Shown here piece by piece: positions 49,923-58,419 of a stretch of 64,000 nt of DNA. Source of the stretch: Syntrophales bacterium (GTDB lineage Bacteria; Desulfobacterota; Syntrophia; Syntrophales; UBA2210). Numbering within the stretch: position 1 is the stretch's first letter; every line of letters begins with the position of its first letter. The stretch covers positions 3,148 through 67,147 of the forward strand of contig JAQULO010000004.1 in the NCBI GenBank assembly GCA_028718565.1. The letters are read 5' to 3'. The notes under the pieces were generated by a model that made no database searches, was not told the DNA's origin, and saw nothing but the letters and a program-made list of their open reading frames with translations. The position numbers and the translations under genes are program-made.

Positions 49923-50927
49923 TTAGTAGCCAGCGTCGTTCAGGATTTTTTCTTTTTCCGCCAGTTTGAGGTCCGTTTCGAGCATCATGTCAATGAGTTG
50001 ATCAAAGCTGGTTTGGGGTCTCCACCCGAGGATTTTCTGAGCTTTGGTGGAATCACCGAGGAGCACATCGACTTCGGTCGGCCTGAAGTACCGTTCGTCT
50101 ATCTCCACATGGTTGTGGTAATCGAGGCCGAGCTTCTCGAAGACCCTCTCTACAAATTCACGTACCGAGTATGTCTCGCCGGTAGCGATGACGAAATCGT
50201 CCGGCTTGTCATGCTGTAGGATCATCCACATGGCCTCAACGTAATCGCCGGCGAATCCCCAGTCTCTCTTCGCCTCGAGGTTCCCCAGATAGAGTTTGTC
50301 CTGTAGACCCAGTTTGATCCTGGTTGCCGCGCGCGTGATCTTCCGCGTGACGAAGGTCTCGCCTCTTCGGGGGGATTCATGATTGAAGAGAATGCCGTTG
50401 CAGGCGAATATATTATAGGCATCACGATAGTTTTTTGCCACGTAGTAGGAATACACCTTGGCGGCGGCGTAGGGGCTTCGCGGCTGAAAGGGCGTAGTCT
50501 CGCTCTGCGGTGGGGGGGCTGCCCCGAACATCTCACTGGACGAGGCCTGATAGACCCGTGCCTTGATGCCGGTTTTCCTGATCGCCTCCAAGAGCCTAAT
50601 CGTTCCGAGACCGGTAATGTCGCCGGTATACTCGGGGGTATCAAAGCTCACGCGGACATGGCTCTGGGCGCCGAGGTGGTATATCTCGTCGGGCTGAATC
50701 TCTGACAGGAGATTTGTCAGGTGCGCGGATACCGAAAGATCCCCGTAGTGGAGGTACATCCGTGCGTCTGGATCGTGGAAATCCTTGTAGAGGTGATCAA
50801 TGCGCTCCGTGTTGAAGGTGCTTGATCTTCTGATGAGGCCGTGCACCTCGTACCCCTTGCCCAAGAGAAGCTCTGCAAGGTATGATCCGTCCTGTCCGGT
50901 GATACCGGTTATGAAAGCTTTCTTCAT
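49923..50927 (-). CDS. gmd: GDP-mannose 4,6-dehydratase
   Basis: [53 protein letters not shown]. Confidence 0.95.
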   Translation of the reverse strand: MKKAFITGITGQDGSYLAELLLGKGYEVHGLIRRSSTFNTERIDHLYKDFHDPDARMYLHYGDLSVSAHLTNLLSEIQPDEIYHLGAQSHVRVSFDTPEYTGDITGLGTIRLLEAIRKTGIKARVYQASSSEMFGAAPPPQSETTPFQPRSPYAAAKVYSYYVAKNYRDAYNIFACNGILFNHESPRRGETFVTRKITRAATRIKLGLQDKLYLGNLEAKRDWGFAGDYVEAMWMILQHDKPDDFVIATGETYSVREFVERVFEKLGLDYHNHVEIDERYFRPTEVDVLLGDSTKAQKILGWRPQTSFDQLIDMMLETDLKLAEKEKILNDAGY

Positions 50928-50931
50928 GTCG

Positions 50932-51960
50932 TTATTCCTTTTGAAACTCCTTATACCATTCTATAAACTTTTTTATTCCTTCTTGTATCGGTGTCGAGGG
51001 CTTGAAGCCCACATCTTTTATGAGATCATCCATGTCGGCGAAGGTCGCGGTGACGTCTCCCGGCTGGATGGGGAGGAGATTTTTTTCGGCCTTTATCCCG
51101 AGGGTGTTTTCAAGGGTTTTGATAAACTGCATAAGCTCGACAGGGTTATTGTTCCCGATGTTGTATATCTTATACGGCGCGAAGCTTGTTCCCGGATCCG
51201 GTCTGTCGCCGCTCCAGTTTATATTCGGTACCGGGATCAGGTCCATCACCCTGACAACGCCCTCTATTATGTCGTCTATATAGGTAAAATCCCTCTTCAT
51301 CGCTCCCCTGTTGTACACATCTATCGGTTTCCCCCGAAGGATGGCATCCGTAAAGAGGAAATAAGCCATGTCGGGTCTCCCCCAGGGACCGTAGACTGTG
51401 AAGAAACGCAGACCCGTGCAGGGAATCTTGTAGAGGGATGAGTAGACATGCGCCATGAGTTCATTCGCCTTTTTTGTGGCGGCGTAGAGACTCACCGGAT
51501 GATCAACGTTGTGGTGTACCGAAAAGGGCATCAGAGTATTCGCGCCATAGACGGAGCTGGACGAGGCGAATACGAGATGAGGGACGTTCCTGTGGCGACA
51601 GCCCTCAAGAACATTCATGAACCCTACCAGATTGCTCTCCACATATGCATGCGGATTTTCCAGACTGTAGCGAACACCCGCTTGAGCGGCCATATGAACG
51701 ACCCTGTCAAATTCATGCTCGGCAAAGAGTTGTTCCATGCCCTCCCTGTCTGTCAAGTCCAAGAGGGCAAACTGGAAATTGTCGAATGGTTTGAGTCTCT
51801 CAAGGCGCGCCTCTTTCAGGCGTACATCATAGTAACTATTGAGGTTATCAAGGCCGACGACCTTGTATCCATCATCAAGAAGGCGCCTGGATAGATGAAA
51901 GCCTATGAAGCCTGCGGCACCGGTGACGAGGATACTGCTTTTGAATTTTGAATTTTGAAT
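50932..51960 (-). CDS. NAD-dependent nucleotide-sugar epimerase (UDP-glucuronate 4-epimerase-like); no canonical start codon in frame
   Basis: [14 protein letters not shown]...[40 protein letters not shown]. The ORF track begins at TTG 51762, but the Rossmann motif lies upstream in the same frame. The 5' limit given here is an in-frame ATT and is provisional; see findings. Confidence 0.75.
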   Translation of the reverse strand: MQNSKFKSSILVTGAAGFIGFHLSRRLLDDGYKVVGLDNLNSYYDVRLKEARLERLKPFDNFQFALLDLTDREGMEQLFAEHEFDRVVHMAAQAGVRYSLENPHAYVESNLVGFMNVLEGCRHRNVPHLVFASSSSVYGANTLMPFSVHHNVDHPVSLYAATKKANELMAHVYSSLYKIPCTGLRFFTVYGPWGRPDMAYFLFTDAILRGKPIDVYNRGAMKRDFTYIDDIIEGVVRVMDLIPVPNINWSGDRPDPGTSFAPYKIYNIGNNNPVELMQFIKTLENTLGIKAEKNLLPIQPGDVTATFADMDDLIKDVGFKPSTPIQEGIKKFIEWYKEFQKE

Positions 51961-51961
51961 T
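51939..51961. repeat. Perfect heptanucleotide tandem repeat, (TTTTGAA)x3 plus a partial TT
   Basis: Read directly: ttttgaa ttttgaa ttttgaa tt. It overlaps the first codons of the epimerase reading frame. Confidence 0.95.
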
Positions 51962-52664
51962 GGAAAACACCCGTGGATAAATGTAGGGGTTTTGATACAA
52001 CTCCGCCCCCCGGATTACATAGCAAAATAACAATAGTAACAGCGACTATCTTTCGATTCTCTGCCGGGTTTCCTACCCTTATTTGTTGCAGTGGTGCCTG
52101 TCACTATTTTATTGGAGACGCCTCTATTGCTCTCAACACCTTGAGGCTTTCTCCGTCCTTGAGATCTATTTTTGTAAGGTCCGTCACGCCGCACTTCCGC
52201 TTTGGATAAAAAGCAGATACAGATGACTTGTCCGGTTTGTTTACCCCTCGAACTCGTGCGAGGATAAGGGGGGACGCAACTAAAGTCAAGAAGAAAATAA
52301 GGAATAATTTTAGGATGTAACCGTCGTTGAAATTCGGAAGATCGTTCGGCATCGTTCATCGTTTCCCTAACCATAACCCGAACAGCCGGTAAAATATCGG
52401 TATCGGTTGTCATGTCGGCATTGATGGCTATGATCCCGTCCGCCCCCTCCACCTTCCTGGCTGCCAAATCAACATTTGGATAGCTGTACTGCGGAAAGGG
52501 TTTCAAGGGTTGCTTCAATATCTCAAGCTGGATGCAGAAGATAAAGGGGGACGATATGGAAGACTCATATAGAGTCCATCCGGCGTCGATCGGCTGGAAA
52601 AAAAGGAGGGATGTACATCAGTCCCCCAAGGCATCCCGTGTATATAGGGTTACTATTTTTTGTC

Positions 52665-52693
52665 TTGAAAAAGAAAGTGCTTTGAGATATTAC
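52665..52693 (+). promoter_or_regulatory. Candidate sigma-70 promoter for tRNA-Val
   Basis: TTGAAA (52665-52670), a 17-nt spacer, then TATTAC (52688-52693), which ends 13 nt upstream of the mature tRNA 5' end. Confidence 0.4.
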
Positions 52694-52706
52694 CGAGGCA
52701 CATCTT

Positions 52707-52781
52707 GGGCGGTTAACTCAGCGGGAGAGTGCTACCTTCACACGGTAGAAGTCACTGGTTCAAACCCAGTACCGCCTACCA
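52707..52781 (+). tRNA. tRNA-Val (anticodon CAC), CCA encoded
   Basis: Folded manually into a cloverleaf. The acceptor is GGGCGGT/ACCGCCT (G1-U72 wobble), the D stem ACTC/GAGT, and the anticodon stem CTACC/GGTAG with loop TTCACAC. The variable loop is AAGTC and the T arm is ACTGG-TTCAAAC-CCAGT. Discriminator A, then CCA. Confidence 0.9.
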
Positions 52782-53298
52782 TGAAAACCAAAGGGTTGCG
52801 GGAGTTACCGTGACCCTTTTTGGCTGGTTGAGACCACGTGCTCCCTGTTGAATTAAAATCCCTAGAGGTGAAGGGATAATCATGGATATATCTCCGCGAT
52901 GCAATATATAATTTTGGGAACGCGAAAGGCCGGTGCAGAGCACCCAAGGGGGCTTTAAACAGGAACTTTTGTTGATACGGGAACCCCTGCCGGGGAGGCG
53001 ATAATATGTGTGACCGGCACCAGCACGGTGAACCTTCATCTTCATAAGGGTGAGGTCACTCGTATCCCCCGCAATACCCCACGCCGGATATTCGATGTGA
53101 TTGATGAACTGCTGGTATACGATGTCTCTATCCCCGGTATTATGCAGGAGACAGGGATCTTTCTCGAGCGTCACCCCCATTGATCCGGACCAGAGGGCTT
53201 TCATCTTCCCACGGGGATTCAATTCCGAGGGTTGGCTTACGGGCGGGCACCCACTATGGGATACGCGCCTTAAAAGGAAGTGTGAGGGAATCAATACC

Positions 53299-54186
53299 AT
53301 GAGCATCTATCAGAAAGGGTTTCTGGCAACGAGGCCTTGGTCCTTCACGATGACGGCCGTCTCCGTCAGCGTGGGGTGTGTTATGGGAGCGATGGACGGC
53401 GGATTTTCGTGGGCCCTCTATCTGATGACCCTTGCCGGTGTGATCTTCATGCACGGCGCGGCAAATCTTTTTAACGACTACTATGACACCCTGAGTGGGG
53501 TAGACACGCTTGAGGTGTCAACCGCGCAATATCGGCCTCACCCGCTGGTTGAAGGATCCCTCACCCTCACAGAGGTGCTGATTGAAGCCCTTTGTCTTTT
53601 TACTCTCGCGGCCGGCGTCGGGCTCTTCCTTGCCGCGACGAGAGGGTGGCCCATCCTGATCCTGGCTCTAGTAGGGGCCTTTGCTGGGGTGTTTTATACG
53701 GCACCCCCCTTCAGGTATAAATATAAGGCATTGGGGGAATTCTCTGTTTTTCTGATGTGGGGGCCGCTGATGGTCGAGGGGGCATACTTCGTTCAGAGGC
53801 AGACCCTGAGCCTGGATGCTCTGTGGGTGTCGCTTCCCTTCGGCGTCCTGGTGGCATTGGTCCTCCTTGCCAACAACCTTCGGGATACCGCAGATGATGA
53901 GAAGAAGGGGATACGAACCCTATCAATCATAACGGGCCCCCGGAAGGGTATATGGATGTACGTGGCCCTGGTTGTCTGTGCCTACGTGTCGGTTGTCGTG
54001 ATGGCGTTTACGGGTCCTCTGAATCCCTGGTCCCTGATAGTGCTCATTTCGATTCCCCTGTTCTTCAGTCTGCTTAGACAGATTATAAACAACCCCCCCC
54101 TGGATGCCGACGCGCAGACAGCAAAGTTGAACACGGTGTTCGGCATTCTGCTCCTCCTTTCCCTTATCATCGGGAGGCTGACGTGA
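53299..54186 (+). CDS. menA: UbiA-family prenyltransferase, MenA-like (1,4-dihydroxy-2-naphthoate polyprenyltransferase family)
   Basis: TRPWSF, NLFNDYYD...GVD, ANNLRDTADDEKKGIRTL, with 8-9 TM segments. ATG at 53299; the ORF-track upstream extension is unsupported. Confidence 0.75.
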   Translation: MSIYQKGFLATRPWSFTMTAVSVSVGCVMGAMDGGFSWALYLMTLAGVIFMHGAANLFNDYYDTLSGVDTLEVSTAQYRPHPLVEGSLTLTEVLIEALCLFTLAAGVGLFLAATRGWPILILALVGAFAGVFYTAPPFRYKYKALGEFSVFLMWGPLMVEGAYFVQRQTLSLDALWVSLPFGVLVALVLLANNLRDTADDEKKGIRTLSIITGPRKGIWMYVALVVCAYVSVVVMAFTGPLNPWSLIVLISIPLFFSLLRQIINNPPLDADAQTAKLNTVFGILLLLSLIIGRLT

Positions 54187-54272
54187 AACGGCCGGGACGG
54201 CACGTGGACTGTTTCTGGTATACGGTTGCCATCGGTTATGTACTGTGATTTTCATCACCTTGGGAGTCTGAC

Positions 54273-54899
54273 GTGAAACGGTCGAAACCGTCATGGGTCC
54301 TGTTACTGGTAACGGTTGTCCTCGCCAACGCCCTCTGGTTTGCGACTTTTTACCTGACCTTCAGCACCTTCTGGATCAAGATCGCTGTCTCGACATCGTC
54401 GCTTGCCGCCCTCTCCTGGTGGATACGGCCGATAGAAAGAGATCGACTCCGTCTGGATACCAGGATACTGCTGATCGGACTCCTCTCCGCCGTGGTGCTG
54501 TATCTGATTTTCTGGACCGGCAAGGGAATCTCCTCGGCCCTCCTTCCCTTCGCGGAGCGTCAAATAGGGGGCATCTATGGTAAGGGAGCGGGTACCCCCC
54601 TGTGGATTGTCTTGCCCCTGTTACTATGCATAACCGGGCCCTGTGAGGAGCTGTACTGGCGAGGGTTTCTACAAGACAGGCTCATGGAGTGTTTTGGAGG
54701 ACTCGGGGGCTGGCTTTTGACAACGGTGATCTACGCCGGCGTCCACCTGTGGTCATTCAATTTTATGCTTATCGGTGCCGCCGCCGTCGCTGGCGCCTTC
54801 TGGGGGGCCATGTACTGGCGCATCGGCAACCTGCTTCCCGTCATCATCTCCCACTCCCTGTGGAGTGCCGTCATCTTCACCATTATGCCGCTGTCCTGA
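54273..54899 (+). CDS. CPBP-family intramembrane glutamic endopeptidase (CAAX protease/Abi family)
   Basis: EELYWRGFLQ motif, then a later H (GVHLW) and ISHSLWS. GTG start follows GGGAG. Confidence 0.8.
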   Translation: MKRSKPSWVLLLVTVVLANALWFATFYLTFSTFWIKIAVSTSSLAALSWWIRPIERDRLRLDTRILLIGLLSAVVLYLIFWTGKGISSALLPFAERQIGGIYGKGAGTPLWIVLPLLLCITGPCEELYWRGFLQDRLMECFGGLGGWLLTTVIYAGVHLWSFNFMLIGAAAVAGAFWGAMYWRIGNLLPVIISHSLWSAVIFTIMPLS

Positions 54900-55159
54900 A
54901 ATTTCCGGGCTTTTCCCTTGATGTAAAGGAGCATACGGACAAGGCTGTCGAAATAGCATGGAGTTTTGATCACTTAAAATTGGGCAAGCCCCATGATGGC
55001 AGTACTTCAGACGCACATAGCTCTCAGCACACCTCTCCCCACTGCGGATGGTAAAATGGGTCGTCTTCGTTATTGCAATATTCCAGCTCCCCGGCGGATA
55101 GAGGTATACCGTGCGCCGCGAATTACCAGCGTTCCCCTGAAGCGTGCAAAGATTGAGAT

Positions 55160-55190
55160 ATAAAAATGTAGTGACCATAAACCTGGTCAC
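55160..55190 (-). terminator. Possible terminator of the fmt-rsmB operon
   Basis: On the minus strand: GTGACCA-GGTTTA-TGGTCAC followed by TACATTTTTAT. The stem is short, so this is tentative. Confidence 0.35.
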
Positions 55191-55336
55191 CATGATTCAA
55201 GGTGCCTAATATAACTGTAGTTGTGGTCGTAATGGGGTTGATCTTGGGATCTTGGGGTAAGAAAGCCGTCGCCCTTATTATGCTGGTACAGGAGGGCGAG
55301 TGTCTCGTCGCTGGGCGATCTGTCCTGTGTCATGGC

Positions 55337-56713
55337 TTAGGCTCCCTTCCTTTTGAACGCCGTCGCGAAGAAGCCGTCCACCCCGTGGCGGTGGGGGAAT
55401 GTTCTGAGCGTCCCCCCGGTTTCGTCCAGTAGTTCGGCAGGCACGGTAGCGGGGCGTAGACATTCAAAGCCGGGGTTGTCGGCCAGAAATCTTCTGATGA
55501 CCTCTTCATTCTCCGCGGATGAGATGGTGCAGGTGCTGTACACCACGACGCCCCCCTTCTTTAAATAGGCAACCGAGCGGTTCAGGATCGCCTTCTGTAG
55601 AGGGGAATTTTTTCTCATGTCTTCCGGAGTGGTATTCCATCTGATTTCGGGGTTCCTTCTCAACGTCCCCAGGCCGGAGCAGGGAGCGTCCACGAGGACC
55701 CGGTCAAACCGTTCGAGCAGATCCGCTGGCGGGCTCTGGGTCGCATCATAAGCGATCGGGTCGATGATCGTTGCGCCCAACCTGTGGGCCAGGAGACGCG
55801 AAGGTTCGATCTTTTTCCGGTTTATATCCATTGCTACGATCCTGCCGCTGTTTCGCATCAGGTGGGCGAGATGCGTCGTCTTGATCCCCACACCGGCGCA
55901 CACATCCAACACCATCTCCCCCGGTTTCGGGTCCACAAGGAGTGATACCAACTGGGAGGCCTCGTCCTGTATTTGCATCTGCCCCTCTTTGTACAGTGAC
56001 ATCTCGCCCAGGGATACCGGAATACCGGAGAGCACGATACCGTCGGGTGAGTAGCGTGAGGGGGTCGCCCCGCAGCCCGACTCTTCAAGCCGTGCAATCA
56101 GGTCGGACCGGGTAGTTTTCAGGCGGTTTACCCTGACCGCCAGGGGGGGGATCTCATTGTTGCTCTCGCACAGCGCATGCGTCTCTTCAAGACCAAGCTC
56201 CTCCGCCCACATCCGTACCAGCCATAACGGGTGCGAGTGGACCACGGAGATGTGAGACAGCGGATCTTCATCAAAGGGGGGATATTTTATCTTGTCCATC
56301 CTTCTCGCCGCGTTTCGAAGGATTGCATTGACCAGGTTTGAACGCCCGGGGTACAGCTTCTTCGCCATCTCGACGGCCTCGTTCGTCGCGGCATATGTCG
56401 GCACCCTGTCCGCAAACATTATCTGATAGAGTGCCACTCTCAGGATATTGCGTATCCCCGGTTCCATATTTTTGAAGTCACCTGTGTACATCTCGCGGAT
56501 AATCCAGTCCAGGCGATTTCTGAGACGGAGAGTTCCGTAGACAAGCTGTGTCAGAAGCCCCCTGTCCTGCGGAGTGGGAAGGGTGACGCGTGAAAGGAAC
56601 GCATCCAAGAGGGGCTGAGCAAAGCTCCCCCCCTCGACCCTGTTCAGAATCTGAACCGCCAGGGGGCGTGGGGTGTCCTTCATTATCTGAGGTCTTTTAT
56701 TCAAGGATGTCAT
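55337..56713 (-). CDS. rsmB: 16S rRNA (cytosine967-C5)-methyltransferase
   Basis: NusB-like N-terminus; SAM motif DVCAGVGIKT; catalytic DAPCSGLGT and YSTCT. An alternative start lies at 56683. Confidence 0.9.
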   Translation of the reverse strand: MTSLNKRPQIMKDTPRPLAVQILNRVEGGSFAQPLLDAFLSRVTLPTPQDRGLLTQLVYGTLRLRNRLDWIIREMYTGDFKNMEPGIRNILRVALYQIMFADRVPTYAATNEAVEMAKKLYPGRSNLVNAILRNAARRMDKIKYPPFDEDPLSHISVVHSHPLWLVRMWAEELGLEETHALCESNNEIPPLAVRVNRLKTTRSDLIARLEESGCGATPSRYSPDGIVLSGIPVSLGEMSLYKEGQMQIQDEASQLVSLLVDPKPGEMVLDVCAGVGIKTTHLAHLMRNSGRIVAMDINRKKIEPSRLLAHRLGATIIDPIAYDATQSPPADLLERFDRVLVDAPCSGLGTLRRNPEIRWNTTPEDMRKNSPLQKAILNRSVAYLKKGGVVVYSTCTISSAENEEVIRRFLADNPGFECLRPATVPAELLDETGGTLRTFPHRHGVDGFFATAFKRKGA

Positions 56714-57638
56714 CCGGCACCAATGGGCGCCCTCTCAGGAAATCTTCAATCAGCATTCGTTTTTTACCTTCAAGTTGTACATCCTTCAGATATATATGTC
56801 CGTCCCGTGTGGCGACCTGGAGTCCCGCCTCCATCAGTTTCCCCGGTTTTCCCGGCTCCTTCTCGCCTGAGGATTTTTCTTTTCCGGCCACGGCGTAGAA
56901 TATCTTCAGCTTTTTGTCGCCGAGAAAGCAGTATGCCCCGGGGCGGGAGGAAAGACCCCTGATGAGATTGACGATTTTTTCCGGTTCGTCGTTCCAGTTG
57001 ATATATCCCACCTCGGGCTCAAGACGAGGTGCCAGGGTAACGAGGGATGGGTCCTGAGGAGTCCGGGTAATCGTCCCGTCTACGACGCCCCGGATAGCCT
57101 GGATGAGAAGCTCGGCTCCCATCGTGGACAATCTTTCATGAAGATCGTCGAAGGTATCTTCGTCCTCTATGGCAACATCCTTCTGCAGCAGGATATCCCC
57201 CGAATCGACTCCTTCGTCCATCAGCATGATGGTCATCCCTGTCTCTCTGTCCCCGTTTATAAGAGACCAGTTGATAGGCGCGGCCCCCCGATAACGCGGG
57301 AGGAGAGAGGGGTGTACATTCAGGCATCCCAGCCGGGGAGAGTTTATTATCTCTTTGGGGAGTATCTGGCCGAACGCAGCCAGCACCACCATATCGGGGG
57401 ATATCTTTCTGAATGTCTCCAGAAAGTCTCCATCCCGGACGCGGTCTGGTTGGTAAACCGCTATCCCCAGTTCCAGCGCGCAGGTTTTGACGGGCGGAGG
57501 AATGCGTTTTCTTCCTCTGCCTTTTGGCCTGTCCGGTTGTGTAACTACCCCCACAACCGGATACCCGCCCTCTATCAGGGCCTTCAGTGAGGGGACAGCA
57601 AACTCCGGTGTCCCCATAAAAAGTATGCTCGGTTTCAT
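56697..57638 (-). CDS. fmt: Methionyl-tRNA formyltransferase
   Basis: ILFMGTPEFAV, NVHPSLLPRYRGAAPI; ATG at 57638. Confidence 0.95.
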   Translation of the reverse strand: MKPSILFMGTPEFAVPSLKALIEGGYPVVGVVTQPDRPKGRGRKRIPPPVKTCALELGIAVYQPDRVRDGDFLETFRKISPDMVVLAAFGQILPKEIINSPRLGCLNVHPSLLPRYRGAAPINWSLINGDRETGMTIMLMDEGVDSGDILLQKDVAIEDEDTFDDLHERLSTMGAELLIQAIRGVVDGTITRTPQDPSLVTLAPRLEPEVGYINWNDEPEKIVNLIRGLSSRPGAYCFLGDKKLKIFYAVAGKEKSSGEKEPGKPGKLMEAGLQVATRDGHIYLKDVQLEGKKRMLIEDFLRGRPLVPDDILE

Positions 57639-57835
57639 GACAGCCACCTCCCTTAGAGCGGGTTATACCCTTTTGCTTTGTTTTAATCAATCCGGACTGG
57701 GTCTGGCTGGGGGTACGGAGGAGCTTTTTATCCTTGACAAATTCCGAGGGTATCATTATCAACAACTACCAACTGGAATCAAGAATAAAACCGGTAAACA
57801 CGATCGGGAAACTTCTGTAGGGCATCCCTATCGCC

Positions 57836-58340
57836 ATGGTTGCCTCGGGAGATTCGCTTACGTACGGGTGGGGGGTTGACAGGGGATATCTGGATCTTCT
57901 TGATGACATGATGTGAGAAAGGTTCCCTATATAGCGGGCTGCACCGGGTGCAAAAGTATGTCTTGGCCCACAATCCTGACTGTGTCTTTGAGCGGTTTGG
58001 TCTCAACGATGCCTTTTGTGGATATACTCCAGAGGGGTTTGAAAAAAGCGTTGAAGGAAGTATCTGAGGGATACGGGAACGGACAAGTTCCAAAATCGTT
58101 CTGGTGACCTCGGTCTGTCTGGAAAACGAGGGGGATAATGCCCATGTGGAAAGGTGTCATCGCCGACTTGAAGAATTTGCGGATCGTTACAGGTTGACTC
58201 TGGCACGGGTGCACGCGTATTGGAAGGGGAACATATTGGAGGGGACCCGGTTTGATGACCTGGTCCAGGCCGATCGGGTACACCCGGTTTCTCAGGGATG
58301 CCGGTTTATGGCGGAAGCGATCATGGAAGTGCTCCTGTGA
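57836..58340 (+). pseudogene. Decayed SGNH/GDSL hydrolase gene (one frameshift, one in-frame TGA, stop just upstream of block I)
   Basis: Block I, IAMVASGDSLTYGWG, lies in one frame that ends at TGA 57913-57915. Block III, PDCVFERFGLNDAF, lies in another frame and is interrupted by TGA 58065-58067. Block V, DRVHPVSQGCRFMAEAI, is in that same second frame and ends at 58340. Confidence 0.65.
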
Positions 58341-58419
58341 TGTATTGATGATTACAGTATAACGGCTTAATTTGGGAACTTGTTTTGTTTCGTGTTTTTT
58401 CAGGAAGGGGACCGTGGAG

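Noticed and set aside
52015-52518. A 167-aa minus-strand ORF. Its first ~50 aa (…VDLAARKVEGADGIIAINADMTTDTDILPAVRV…) look protein-like.
   Set aside because: No family could be assigned. The rest of the translation is basic low-complexity sequence. It starts at TTG right after a stop and has no SD. At best it is a gene fragment.
52776-53306. A 176-aa minus-strand ORF overlapping the tRNA 3' end and the menA-like start region.
   Set aside because: There are no recognisable motifs. It overlaps a well-supported tRNA and the 5' region of a plus-strand gene, so it is probably spurious.
55187-55333. A 48-codon ORF starting 3 nt after the rsmB stop. Its N-terminus (SDETLALLYQHNKGDGF) resembles the start of ECF sigma factors.
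   Set aside because: It is far too short to contain regions 2 and 4, it ends at the hairpin taken as the operon terminator, and the similarity rests on about 12 residues.
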